From: Camelus ferus
Lineage: Eukaryota
Assembly (NCBI RefSeq): GCF_009834535.1
Contig: NC_045696.1
Span: 7,442,001-7,506,000, forward strand
Length of the DNA stretch: 64,000 nt
Direction of reading: 5' to 3'
The first letter of the stretch is position 1. Each line of letters begins with the position of its first letter. Below are positions 38,776-52,320 of the stretch, in pieces. The translations under genes and the position numbers were made by a program. The notes beneath the pieces are model-generated. The model had not been told where the DNA came from and did not search any database. It saw nothing but the letters and a program-made list of their open reading frames with translations.

Positions 38776-40044
38776 CGTAAACTGGCAAGTACTAAAACCT
38801 AACTCCTAGTCTCACAGTTTCCTGGCTTCCTTACATTCAGTGACCTCCTGCTTTACCCCAGCTCAGCCTCCCACCACTGCCCTCCCTGGGAACTTTCTCA
38901 CCACTCAAAACTGTTCAAACCCCCAGATGACTATTTCAGGCATCTCGCTCCCTCCCCTATAACCTAGCTCCTTCTATCTTACTTGTTCCTGTTCCTGCTA
39001 TCTCCTCAGGGTGGCCAACTCACTGACTTACCCACTTTCTCTTTTTTTCTACTTCCTGATTGATTTAGCTTAAGATTCGCCGGTTCATCGTTTCATATTC
39101 ACATGTATACTAATTCTTTATACTTCATTGTCCTTGTGTTTACATTTTGCTGTATGGCAAAACCCAAGGCTGGATCACTCCTACTTTCTGCTTTCTCCAT
39201 AACTACATCTAGAGAGCCAAGTACTGCTGGAGGAAATTACACAGCAGAGCATACTGGTAGCACTATTTACTCATGATTCCAACAACCCAAAGAGGCTTTC
39301 AACATTGTTAAGCAATCATTCTAGATCAAACCATTCTCTAACTTTGTAAAGTGATCATTTCACATCTTAGGTCCTTTCCTCAAACTTCCAACCCCTGCTT
39401 TTTCCTTCAGCAGATGACCTCTTACTTCAATGAGTAAACTGGAGACATCAAAGAGAACTCTCTCAATTTCCTACCACCAAACATAAAGACCAACTCACAT
39501 TTGGCCCTACCTTTTCTCCTTTACAAAATTTTACAATAAAGGTGTCCTATTCTTCCTTACATGGCCAATTTCTCCACTTGTGCCATATAACTGTCCTTCT
39601 TTACAGTATCAAGTATCCTCTCTCTCATGTGTAAATTTAGCCATTCCTTCTCAAGAACCTGCCCCATCAATTTTTTTTATTGTAGTAAAATATACACAAT
39701 GTACAATTTACCATTTGAACCATTTCAAATGTAAAGTTCAGGAGCATTAAGTACATTCACACCGTTGTCCAACTTCCTATCAAATTTTAATATGCTCAGA
39801 TTTCTCTCATCTTTAACAAATAAATAAAAATGTCTTAAACCCTAAGCTAATATTGGGGGTAATCTACCCCAGTAGCTATCCCCTCCTCTACCTGATTACT
39901 TGACTTTTGTTTTGAGGGTCTACCTCACTACCACAAGATTTAGAGTTAATTTCTAATTAATTTAAGCCAATCATGGCAATCCCATTCTCCTTCATTGCCT
40001 GGTTTAGGGGTAGTCGTGTGACCTAAGGGGACTCATCACTCTTT

Positions 40045-41545
40045 TCTTAAAAAGAAATTACAAAGAACAAAACAAGGAAATTTATATTACCAGATAGCGA
40101 TACCTACTAAAATTACACATTAAAAAAAAAAAAAGCTATCTGAAGATAGAAGACCTGATGAACAGAATAGGGTATATAAATCAGGAACAGATCCTTATAT
40201 GTAATCACCTCATCTATATCACAATGGTGACACTGTAGTGCACGGAGCAAACATACTCTTAAAAAGAGGGGCTGAGTCAACTGGACATTCATATCAACCT
40301 TGAACCCTACCTCATTCTAAATACAAAAGTCAACTCCAGATGGACTATAAATTTAAATATCAAAGGTAAACAGTCAAGCTTTTAGAATGTGAAAATGAAT
40401 ATATGTATGTATATGCATGACTAGGACACTGTGCTGTACACCAGAGACTGACACACTGCAACCAACTATATACTTCAATGGAAAAAAAAAGACAAAGAAA
40501 TATTTTTAAAAAATCAAGCTTTTAGAAGAAACAAGAACATTTTGTAGAACAAGCAAACACTGTAATCAGAACACATAAAATGCTTACCATAAAGGAAAAA
40601 AATTGATAAACTATACTATATTAAAATTACTACCTTCCATTTGTGAAAACAGTAAAAAAGGCAAGCCACAGAGTGTGAAAAGATATTTGTAATACATACA
40701 CTTGACCAACAACTCATATCCAGAATTAAAAAACAAAACAAAACAAACAAAAAAACCTGCCAATGAATAAGACATTCAACTCAAAAGAAAAAAATTGCAA
40801 AAGATTCAAAAAGGCACTTCACAAAGGAGACTGAGTGGTCAATAAGCATATGAAAAATGTTCAACTTAAACATTCTTAATCAACTTAAGGAAATGCAAAT
40901 TAAAATCACAGCATCGTATCACTACACACCCACCAGAATGTCTAAATGAAATGACACAAAATAATAAGTGTTAGTGAGGACATGGAATCAAAACTCTCAT
41001 ATGCTGTTGGAAGGAGTGTAAAATGGTACAACTACGTTGGAAATTATGTACTATAGCTAAATATAAGCACACCTTCCTGTCCCATCAACTCCACTCCTTG
41101 ATTATATACTTAACAGAAATGAAGACATATGTTCACAATGACACTATCTATAAAAGTCAAGTACTAGAAACTACCCAAATGCCCATCAACAATAGAATGG
41201 ATAAAATATGGTATATTCATGCAATAGATGAACACTTTACAACTACATGCAACAATATGGATCTCAAACACAATGCTGAAAACCAGACATAAAAGAGCAC
41301 ATATTACATGATTCCGTTTATATTGCACAAAAACAGGCAAAACTAACCTATGGTATTAGAAGTCAGGATAGCAGTTTTCCTGGGAGAGGAAGCCGGTAAT
41401 GACTAGAAGGATGAACAAGGGGAACTTTTGGGGTACTGGGGTTGTGATCTGGGTGCTGGTTATGTTTGTCTGGTTACTGAAAATTCAACCTATACACTTA
41501 TGAAATGTACACTTCTCAGTATCTATATTAAATTTTTTTTGAAGT
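40045..41545 (+). mobile_element. L1ME-like 3' segment
   Basis: ggaaatgcaaattaaaatcacag...gaaactacccaaatgcccatcaacaatagaatggataaa...ctaacctatggtattagaagtcaggatag. Confidence 0.8.
40388..40513 (+). mobile_element. Younger L1 3' tail nested in L1ME
   Basis: gaaaatgaatatatgtatgtatatgcatgactaggacactgtgctgtacaccagag...; perfect 14-bp TSD tcaagcttttagaa at 40374-40387 and 40514-40527. Confidence 0.85.
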
Positions 41546-41549
41546 TTCC

Positions 41550-41822
41550 AAGAGTCATCCTTCTGCTGGAGACTGTAATATCCAGCTCGGTATCTGAATT
41601 ACAGTAGCCATCCTGCCATCCTAAAGGGACAGCCTGAAGTCCAAGTCACACAGTGGGGCTGGGAAAAAACCCTAGGTTTTTGATGAAATTGCTGTGCCAC
41701 TAAACATACAACCCTAGAATCACTTTCTTCTGGAACTCTTGGGTAAGTTTAAGTTTTCTTCACCATTTAAACCAGTTGAATCAGAGATTTCTGTTATTTG
41801 CAGCCAAAAATGTCTTAATACA
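41550..41822 (+). mobile_element. MLT1-type LTR 3' part (5' part at about 39900-40040)
   Basis: agtagccatcctgccatc...ccatttaaaccagttgaatcagagatttctgttatttgcagccaaaaatgtcttaataca, an MLT1-type end. Confidence 0.7.
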
Positions 41823-41829
41823 ATGGCAA

Positions 41830-43150
41830 ACCTCTTCTGCTCCTCATCGCCTCTCTCCCCAAATATCTTCAACAGCTGCTTATGCTAGCTGTCTCCATTT
41901 CCGCACCCACATTTCTCAATCCACTCCTACCCCGTAACTGTTTAAGCTTAGCACTGAAAGCTCTCCCTACGGTAACTAAAAGATGTCCGTCTTACTAAAA
42001 CCAAACTGCAGGCGGCTTCTCAGCACGAGGCACAGCTGGCCCCTCTTTCACCTGCTTCCGCGATCCCATACTTAGTTCTCCTCCTATCTGTCTTACCATC
42101 TCTTAACAGCCTCCCGTGTGGGTTCACCCTTCTCTTACTGGCCGCCGTTCGTCTCCCAAAGCTCAGTACTGGTTCCTCTTCTAATTCAACCCATGCTCTC
42201 TCTAGACGAGTGGGTCTCAACCATGGCTGCACATTAGTACTATCTGGGGGCACTTGTAAAAGCCCAATGCCCAATTAATGAAATCAAATCTTGGAGGGGC
42301 GGAAATTCTTCAAAACTCAAATGATTCCAATGTGCAGTAATAGCTGAGAATCAGCTCCCCAAGCTTACCCACAACTACAACTTCAAATTACCTAGGTTAA
42401 CTAATCCAAATGGGCGTCTCCTACCCAAACTTTTCCTCTGAGTCCCAGATCCACAAAACTCACTACCTACACAACATTCCAATTTAGATCCCTCAAGAAC
42501 ACTTCAACTCAGTACATCCAAGAGTGAAGTCAAGCTCTCCTTCCTACAACTTTCTCTTCCAGTGACCCCACTGTGTGGGAGTGGGCCTATAATCCATGAA
42601 GCTGCTGAAGACACAAACCTCAGAACAGTTCCAAACACTGCCTTCTGCCTAGATCCCCAACACCAAACCATAAACAATTTCTATCAATTTTACCTCCACA
42701 GTATCTCAAATCTTCCCACTTCTCCATTCTACAGCCGTTACCCTGCTCCAAGCCACCATCACCTCTGGACGAGAATACTGCAACAGCCTCCTAACCCACA
42801 TTCATGCCATATCCCCTCCAAATCCATTCTCCTCACTGCAACTAGAATGCTCTTTTTAAGATATTAATCTATCTCCCCTCAGTTTAAAATCCTTTACTCT
42901 CCTCTTGATGCTCTTGAAGGCCAATAGCCTCAGTGCAGCCTACCAGACCCTCCTTGGTCAAGTCCCTGACCACCTCTCCTCTTCCTTCTCTGGATTCAGG
43001 CACACCATTAATTCCACTAACGCAACACGCCCCTTTTCACCACAGGCCTTCACACTGCTGGCCCACTGTCTGGAACACAGGGGCTCTGTCTGTTTTTGCT
43101 CATTTCTGACATATCTATAAACAGAACTCCAATATTTGTTAAATCAATGT
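41830..43150 (+). mobile_element. L2 LINE segment with internal MER5-like hAT MITE (about 42208-42355)
   Basis: cctcaagaacacttcaactcagtacatcc...ctccaagccaccatcacctctggac...ccctccaaatccattctcc (L2); agtgggtctcaaccatggctgcacattag...tgattccaatgtgcag...ctgagaatc (MER5-like). Confidence 0.75.
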
Positions 43151-45949
43151 TAAATGTTATAATATAAAATACTATGATACCTATAATATAAACATACTAT
43201 ATTGCATTGATATAATCACATATATCATAAACACATTTAATATATAAATGTATATTAATGTTAATACGAACATTTTCACATTTACTAGCATTTGATCACA
43301 TTCTTCTGGAAGCTAAAGCAAAGTGGGCGTAGTAAATTACATGGTGTTATTGCTCATTCAAATCACTGTGGTCCAGGGTTTAAACACTCTGAATAGCAGG
43401 AATATTTAGCAGCAGCAATACCCTGCACAATGAACCTATGAAAATAGGAAAACCCAAGAGACACAAATGGTTATTTACCTTTAAAGACTATGTGACATAG
43501 TCGTGAGCATACTGAACAGAGGGTCAGAAACACAGTTCCAGCCTAAATGCTCCAACTCACTATATGCTACGTGGGAAAGTGTATTTCTTTCTCCAGTCAT
43601 ATACAGATATATATACCCTTTTGCCCTAAAACACGTTAGGAAAGAACACTTACTTTCCCCTTTGCTAGATTTGGCACTCTTGAGCTCTCCCTCCACTCTC
43701 CACAACCTTTACTAACTTATCCCCAAGGGAATAGTAACAATTTATCTAATGGTGGAGGAGAGGCACTAATCCTATGTGGCTTAGCCTCTTTCTTTTTCTT
43801 ACTCTTTGGGAACTTATCTTAAACACCAACATAACACCAGATTCCCTTTTCCTCAAGCTTAACGTTTACCATGGGAGACCATGGGAGAACTAACACAACA
43901 CATCACGTGGCTATCAGACTTAAGACCCTGTTCAACAACTGTATTACTATTGGAGACAAGATTGGATCACCATTTGCCTGTCTTTTGCTTCCATCTCTTA
44001 ACTGATTCTGGACTTGTGAGGGGAAGGAGATGCTATTAATTGACTCTCTCAAACCACAACATGTAAGTATGTAAGAACTTTGAAAGCCACAAGAGTTACC
44101 ATTTTTTCACCTATTGTAAATCATCACTTTCAGGGCCTGACCAAACCAACAAAGAAAGAACAATACTACTTCCCAAGTTTCTAGAACTTACAACGAAGCA
44201 ACAAAAGCAGGATTCAGATATAATGGTCAGTTACTGTCAAATATGCAGTGACAATTAACCATTGACTTAATAAACATATACATTTTAAATTAAAAGTCAG
44301 TGTCTGGAATTGAAATTACATACACTCTTTTACCCAAGTAAAATAAATTTATCAGAAATTTATCCCACATATACACTTGCATCTGAGTGTAGAACTGTAA
44401 GGAAAAGGATATTACAAAGTTGTGTATGGTTTTCTAAGCTGGAAACAATCTATGTTCTAATACAAACTAATCCATTGAGTAAAAGACTGTGTAGCCATGA
44501 GTAAGAACTAGGGTAGATCTTCATATACACTGATACAACAACTGCACGATTTAAACATTAAAAGGAGCAACATGTACAACAGTATATGTAATATGCTCCT
44601 ACCCATGTTTAAAAAAAAAAGAAATATACATTACACTGAACGAAACAAAACTGCCTTACTCTGACTTATAAATACGGCAACCTCACTTGGTTCAACGTAT
44701 GTGCTCGTATAGGCATAAAATATTATGGAAACATAAGGATCTGAAGAAAGTTAGGGCAGGGACATGAGCTGGGCAAGTTTTCAGTTTATCCGTTTGTACT
44801 CTTAATTTTTCATGATGTGCTTTGTTACAGCTTTTTAAAAAGAAGGTGCACCCCAAAGAAGACTGAAAAAATAACTTCTTTAAAAGCAAATTCAGTAGCT
44901 TGTAAGCAAAAATGAGACCGTAATACGACAGAGAGCAGACTGAGGAGTAATTCACCGACCAACACGCTCACACTAAAGCTCTCCACACACACTTCAGATT
45001 TTTGAAATTCTCACAGAAACATACAATTGATTTGATTTACACCTTGGGCCTCAGAGAAATTCAGAAACACACACACAGGTCAGTAAGTCAATCCACCTAT
45101 TAATCACAAGTTGGGATCTAATAGAAGGAAATATCATATAATGGGTAAACAGTTAAATACCAAAAGGTCAAAGTAAATACCAAGTTTCAAAATTGCACAA
45201 TTTTCCAAAGTAAATTAAAAAAAAAAATCCAAGGCTAAGCTTTCCCCTTCTCCAATTACATTTCCCATTACAGTTCATCCCACCTGTCAAAGAAATCAAA
45301 TTTCCACATGTAAGTCCCACAAGAATGAATTAAACATAAGCCTAATCATATACACTGCATAATTAGTATTCCTACAGAAGCTATAGATATAACTGATTGC
45401 TTTTTCTAAATTCTCCTCTAATCTGAAAATTTCTAATTGCTTCAAAAAAAAATTATCACCCTAATATGCCCTCTAACTACCAAATTGTTTTTGAAAAGTA
45501 AACTTCTGGAAGACCAGAATAAAAAGGACATCTCGTCCAAGCCAGGTATTCTGGCATATACCGCACACATTCCTCAGCTTGAAGGATTCAGTAGGGAGAA
45601 GATGGGGCAGGAGGGAGCCAACTTCCACCCACCCCTCCCACACTCCAACCCCATTTCGCGTATTTCCCAGTGTGGCATCTGCAGACCTGGGACTCCACAC
45701 CTCTAGAGAACGGTAAGGGTTCTGATTGGCTCTTGGCCTCACCTAGATCCACCCAAAGGTGGTCAGATTAACAAACTGTGTGACTATTTGGCATTAAAAC
45801 CACCACCACGACTTTGACCATTTCTAAATAAAGCATTTTCCCCACACAACCCTCACCTCAGGCTCCCAGCCATTGGTCGTAAAAAACTTATATCCCTCTC
45901 CTTTCAAGACTCTTTTTTACTTACTTTATCCTTGATGTTTACTGCTTTT

Positions 45950-46790
45950 TTTTTTCATCTTATATGCATTTTTAATTACATTTTGTTCCTTTTATCAAAT
46001 ATTTCAAGTATACATAAAAATACAGAGAATAACATTAACATAATCAACACCCATATACCAGCTTAGCAAGATCTTAACATTTTGCCATATTTACTTCAGA
46101 TCTTTCTGCAGAGGTTTGTTACAGTTGACATCCACTGTAAACCATCTTTCCCCATCTCCAATCTTTTTCCCTCCTTCCCTCCCCAGAGACAGTCACTCCC
46201 CTGGTGTTAGGCCCATGCACCTTAAAAACATTTTTAATACACACTATGTATTAATTATGAATAGGCATTTCAGTTTACATTTTTAAACATCATGTAAATG
46301 GCATTGTACCGTACAAATCATTCTGCAACTTGCTTTTTCACTCAACATTGCATTCATTTTAGCTGCTGCACAGAATTCCATTGTATGAATATACCATAAT
46401 TCATTTTATCCATTCCCCTACTGATGGACTTTTAGGTTCTTTCATTTCTTTACTCTTACAAACAACACTATAATGAAGGCTTGTACATATCTTCTTGGAG
46501 AGCCCAGAAGTGGGCTGCAGAGTACGCACATCTTCACCTTGCCACATTGCTCTCCAAAGTGCTCGCACCAATTTACACTTCTCCAGCCGAGTATGAAAGT
46601 TTCCTTTGTTCCACATCCTCTCAAACACTCGGTATTATGAGGTTTTTAAATTTTTGCCAATCTGATGGGTACCAAAGAGTGCCTCATGATTTTTAATCTG
46701 CATGTCCTGTTAAGGATAACTGTGTTTATTTACTATTTAGACCATTTTTAATTTTTTTTTCCATTTTCACATTGCCCTTTGATTCTGTCA
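45950..46790 (-). mobile_element. L1ME-like 3' segment
   Basis: tctgcaacttgctttttcactcaacatt...gaattccattgtatgaatataccataatt...caatttacacttctccagcc. Confidence 0.75.
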
Positions 46791-46799
46791 TCACATTTC

Positions 46800-46990
46800 T
46801 GTGGTGATTAACAGTAGAGACTCTGCATCCAGGCTGCCTGGGTTCAAATTTTGGCTCCATAACACCTACCTAGTGTCGGAGGACACTCTACTTGACCTCT
46901 GCAGGCCTCAGTTTCCTCATCTATAAAGAGACAGCAGCATCTACCTCACAGGGTTGTGAGTTTTATGAGTTAACACATATAAACGGCTCA
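46800..46990 (+). mobile_element. MIR SINE
   Basis: gactctgcatccaggctgcctgggttcaaattttggctcc...gcctcagtttcctcatctataaa...acctcacagggttgtgag. Confidence 0.85.
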
Positions 46991-49364
46991 GAAGAGAGCC
47001 AGGGAGCTTGGATGCTTTATCCCCAGATGTTCCCACAGCTGCTCAGCCAAATCCCCATGACAGGTCTACCAACCCTGGATGTGAGAGCTTGAAAACATCT
47101 CAACCTTGGTAACTCAGCTAAATGGCCTGGGTCCTCGTGGGTCAATGCACGACTGAATCACTGGTCACGTGTTCTTTTCTGAAGTCACATCGTCTGTTCA
47201 CCTGATCAGGAGCTATATGTACTGCATATTCAGAAAACATTATCCCTACATTACTGAGCAAGTCATATCAACAATGAACGAGGTGGGAAATACCAGCAAA
47301 GCCAATGTGGTATAATGCTTCTGACATTAAATAAGCATCCAATACATACTGGCGACTGCCTAAGAAGGAAGTGCTGCTGACCTGCCTCCAGAGAAAACTT
47401 CAGTGGTATTGAACCACAGAGCTAGACGGTCAGGAAGGAGGTACAAGGCTGGACGCACAACCCTGCTATTGACCTCCACCTCATCAGGCCCTGGCTTCTG
47501 TATTTCTACTTTGATGTACCTCCTTTACAGCGGAGTTTTAGGAGGATCCTGCTTGAGTGTCTAGCATTGAACACTCACGAAAGAGGGCAGAAACACCCTG
47601 GTTTGCCTCTCAGCTCTCGGCGTCCCCCTATGCAGAGGGGCTGACCTTCTGCCCAATCAAGTTTCAGACAAGCACCTCCATTTCCACAAGAGGCTAGCCA
47701 AGTTGCCAAACTATTCATCTTGAAATCATACAGATTCACCTTCAAACAGGATATCTGCAATTCTGGACCTAGCCAGAGGCAATAACCTAAGACATTTGCA
47801 GCTCATTTCTTGTGAGAACCAGTTGAGGACAGTGGATTGATGGAAGACTGTGTCAAGCCCATCCATTCCTCTAGACTAGATAGCCTCGGTTTATCCACGG
47901 CTTAAGCCACCTAAAAGCTGCATATCGTTAATACAGCGGTATTCTCCGAGGTGGTTGGATTAGTGGTGATTTTTATTTTCTTCTTTTTAAACTCTTGTAT
48001 TTTCCAAATTTTCTACCATGAGAAAGTGTTCTGTTTATAATAAAAGAAAAACATAAATGTTATTTTTGAAAGCTACATACTTGGAATATACTACATTCCC
48101 CACTCCCACCCTCCCACATCCCAACATAAGTGCTTTCAGTGAAAAACAACGGGTATCAGACTCTCTGCTTCCATGAGAAAACACACACACACGAAATCAT
48201 CTGTGAAACCCAAAAGTGCACTCCCAGGGAGTTTTTTGCTCTGAACAGGAGTGTGCTCAGGTTCTTCCCTACTCCATCACTCAGTTCATATTGCTTGTAA
48301 CCCATATGAGAAATTTCTTCCAGAACTAAACACCAGGAAAAGTGTTTCACCTGAGCAACTGGTGTCCCTTTTTCTTCATGGATGGTGAGAATTATGTAAC
48401 TTGTCAGGTTTTCTTTTTATTTTGGGCAACAGAAAGGTCAGACACAAATATGAATTATAACTAATAATTAAGCAGGACCTTATGCCTATGGAGCTTTATT
48501 CTGAGAATCCCAGGCTCTAACTTGGCTTTTCAGTTTGTTTTTTTAATATCATTCTACTGAGTGGATAATTTCTTGAAGCAACTCTAAACCCTTCTTACAA
48601 TAAGTTAGGAAAGAGTTTTGTAACAGTCTTCACTGCTCAATATTAATGCTTAATACTGAAGTCCTAAAAATTTTAAACTGAGAGAGAGACAGTAAAATCA
48701 TGGTACAGTGTCAACAATCTTTTCCAACTAATAAACAAAAGCTCAGTTCAACATGAGGAACTAAGAATTAATTACAATTTCACTCCCAAAGTTCAACCAT
48801 TAAATTTCCTTTCTTTCACTTAAGAACATTTACTTAATTTTTTCATACCAAGGTAAACAGAGAAAACAAATACAGCAAAAATTCTTCCAGAACTATAAAG
48901 ATTAATAGAGCAAAAGAAGTAGTAATAGGTGTTATAAACACAGACTTTGTCATCATCACCAGATAACATCTGTATTCAAATCTTGGCATCACTACATCAT
49001 AGCTTGAAAAAAATGGGGCAGAATAGAAACCAATTTACAATTACTAATTACTAATAGTATATAAGCTTGTATAAATGTCAATGTGGAGATTAACATTATC
49101 TACCTATTAAATGTGTTGTGAGAATTAAATAATCTATGTGAAGTGCTTAAAATAATATAAATCACATATTATCCACTCAATCAGAACAGCTATTTCTGTC
49201 ACTGTTGTTATTATATATAAAGCCTACAGATCTCTCTGTTAGCCATTAATTCCTGCCAAAGAGCTACTGAAGGATTTTCTTGCAGTAATTGCAAAACAGA
49301 AATATTTCTCAAAAACAGGCACTTAGTCTAATAGTTCAGTAATTAGGCTATCTAACCAACTTAC

Positions 49365-49427
49365 CTAAACTGTCCAGTGCGCAGAAAACAAAGAGCTCGG
49401 TTACCATAAAGAAGGTGATTTTCAGGT
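49365..49427 (-). CDS. TTC3: TTC3 coding exon 9 (TPR)
   Basis: taaag|PENHLLYGNRALCFLRTGQF(R)|GTAAGT; 63 nt. Confidence 0.96.
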
Positions 49428-49529
49428 CTTTAAAAGAAATAATGTTTTGTCAGTAAAGCACATTACGTACAAAACAAACATACCACAGAAAACATAAGGC
49501 ATGGGAAATTTTTCAAAAATTTTACATCC

Positions 49530-49730
49530 ATGTGGCAGAGCAGAAAGAATGTTAAGATTTGGAGTCTTAACTGGCTAAATCCTGGTTCCTTCACTTTCTA
49601 CCTGAGTAACTTGTTTACATCAACTTAAATGTCCCTGTATTCAAAATGAGGATTAAAGAGTTCTACTTTTTCTGCCAAGCTCACAGGGCTATTATGAGGA
49701 TCAAATGAGACATTAAAAAGCTAGCAAACT
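49530..49730 (+). mobile_element. MIR SINE (degraded)
   Basis: gatttggagtc...aaatcctggttccttcactttctacctgagtaacttg...tcacagggctattatgaggatcaaatgaga. Confidence 0.65.
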
Positions 49731-50560
49731 ACAAGTATTTAAGTCAGGACTGTACCACCTCGACAAAGAACTCAAAGTCTGTAAATTCCAACAGTAACTT
49801 AAAAGCTTCATTTCAAGTTCTGTCCTTTTTAGTTTTCTCTAAAGTTTCATGCATGGTGAAACTTATTTCCCTCTCCTCTACCTCTTCCTCAGAAAAACAG
49901 AGCAGTAGCCTTTCAGATGTGGTGTGCTACCCAGATTCACTCATTCCTCATGGACATGAGTAAGGCAGGAAAAAAGGCAGCTGTCTAAAATGCACCTTCC
50001 TAAGGCTGCTACAATATGAGGTGGCCCAGCTAAGAGGTCAGTAAGAGCCAAGTGTGAGGCACACTTGCAGGAAAGCTACAAAACTCTAGTAGCTGAGCAA
50101 ACAGAGAATGAGACAGAAAGAACACATACATTCTCTCAATAATTTCAACTATTATCCTTTAAAAGCTCCCTCTCAGACAGCAAAAATCTCTGAATGGTTG
50201 ACATCTCAAAGATTAGTAACTAACCCTTTTTGATAAGTTAATAATTTGGAAGGAATTATTTGAAGGCAAAACAAGAAAAAGAAAGAACAGAGAACTCTAC
50301 TTAAAATCTGGGGGAGAAAAGTGGGGCAGAACAGAACAAAACTCACAACTTTGCCTGACTTGCCAGAGTCATACTGCTTGATTAAGTTCATGCACTCAGG
50401 CCATCTCTCATGTTTCTAATACCTGAGGGTGAGAAAATGTACTCTGCACAGCAAGTTGAAGATACTCTCCAATTCCTCATCTTGCGTTTCTTTCTACTGA
50501 CTAGCACTCCAATTTGCGATGCCACATAGAAAGGGTCTCATTGTTCTGTTTTGCTCTTAC

Positions 50561-50655
50561 CTACATTCAATGGCTCTGGTGTAATAGATAATAGCTATAT
50601 CAAATCTTTCTTTGGAAAACTCTTCATTTCCTTTCATTTTCATTAGTTCTCCTTG
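50561..50655 (-). CDS. TTC3: TTC3 coding exon 8 (first TPR repeat)
   Basis: ctcag|QGELMKMKGNEEFSKERFDIAIIYYTRAIEC(R)|GTAAGA; 95 nt; typical TPR pattern. Confidence 0.96.
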
Positions 50656-51653
50656 CTGAGAAACCAAGGTAAAAGAAGACCCATCAATTAACTGCATACA
50701 ATCAGGAACCCCAATACCTACAAAAAATGGTTCTGGGTTTCTATCTTAGAGATCAGAAATAACCTGGGGGATTATTTATGTGGAAAATGAGAATTCAATA
50801 CCCAATATTTTGGTACAATTTATTTAAGGAAACCTGTTTCTGATGACTCAATTCTTTGTTAAAAGAATATTAAAAAGTAAGCAAAACCATCACGTTATGA
50901 ATACTACTAACAATCTGTCCCCTTGTGAACAATATTTGGCAGGCCCACTTTTAAATATATCTTATTATGCTTGCATATGGCAGGGAAAAAAATAGATACA
51001 AGATAGAATTTTAAATTTAGATTAGAAAATGTGGTATTATTCAATAAACCTGAGTGCTTAAAAATATATATATATAAATCAGTAACATATAGGCAATGGT
51101 GGTTACATTAACTGCCCCCAAAATGAGGTGGCAAAGTTAGCAAGAATAAAATCAAAGATGCTACAGATTTAACTGAAACTTGTCACTTTAAACATTCAAA
51201 TTTTCAAAATAAACTAAAATAAACTGGATTATATCAATGGCTTTAGCCAAAGAATTAGATAGACTTTTAAATATCTTCCTACATCTCTTAAAAATTTAGT
51301 TAAAATCATAATTCCTATGAATAAATTGTATGACATGTGAATTGCATGTCAATAAAGTTGTTCCCAAAGAAAATCATATTCCCTCAACTAATGAAGTCTT
51401 TTAATTTTAAAAGAAATTTCAACTAACTCTTTAAAATGCATAACATCAGAAAATTCTGATCAAGATACTGGTTTCCTCTTCCAAAAAAAATTTTCAATCA
51501 ATATTTATTAAAAACTTCCCTCAAAATGTTACTGAATTTTACAGTAGCTCTTTGTGGATTGTCATACACCAGTGTTTACTGAAATTCGCTTTTAATCAAA
51601 GTTCTAAAAAGTAAATCTTAAAAATATACTTACAAGTAAATATTTATTCTTAC

Positions 51654-51739
51654 CTCTACACACTCTGCACAATTTTGGGTTTTAAATTCTTCAAGCAAAT
51701 TGCAGTTTTCTGTTACAACTTTAGTTATGTGATACTTAT
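51654..51739 (-). CDS. TTC3: TTC3 coding exon 7
   Basis: tttag|(Y)KYHITKVVTENCNLLEEFKTQNCAECVE|GTAAGA; 86 nt. Confidence 0.95.
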
Positions 51740-52151
51740 CTAAATTTTATTTTTAGGAGAGAGTGAGAAAACATTTGTTTAAAAAAAAACAAGTTGGTAT
51801 TGTTAATATTCTAATTCTTAGGTTAGATAGGTGAGTCTGTAAAGTTCATGATATACTTTCTAAATAATATGTTTCTTGTACTCTACATGCATCAATAATA
51901 TATTTTTAAATAAACAACTGATAAAATGTTTCAGAAAACGTTAAATTCATTGCTTGCTATGAATCTAATCTGTTTTATTTCTAGCATCAAAAAATCCCAC
52001 TTGTTTATTATTACTCTAGTTCTAATTGTAGTTACCAATGCTCTGTCACAACACATTCCAAATAGGCCTCATAACTACTCAAGTCAATTCAACAATTATT
52101 GAACACCTAGGGTGTATCTAGCACAGAGTTCAATTAAAATGTGTGAAAACA

Positions 52152-52320
52152 GAGGGGAGGGTATTGCTCAAGTGGTAGAGTACATGCTTAGCATGTATGA
52201 GGTCCTGGGTTCAATTCCCAGTACCTTCTCTAAAAATAAATAAACCTAATTACCCACCCTCTGCCAAAATAAAATAATTAAATAATACAATAATAAATTA
52301 ATTAAATTTTAAACAAACAA
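52152..52320 (+). mobile_element. tRNA-Ala-derived SINE (camelid vic-1-like) with TSD
   Basis: ggggagggtattgctcaagtggtagagtacatgcttagcatgtatgaggtcctgggttcaattcccagtacc + AT-rich tail; perfect 17-bp TSD taaaatgtgtgaaaaca at 52135-52151 and 52321-52337. Confidence 0.88.

Noticed and set aside
43869..43888. Short tandem duplications (ccatgggaga x2; similar ones near 590, 17057 and 55236)
   Set aside because: Ordinary slippage-type micro-duplications with no higher-order array.
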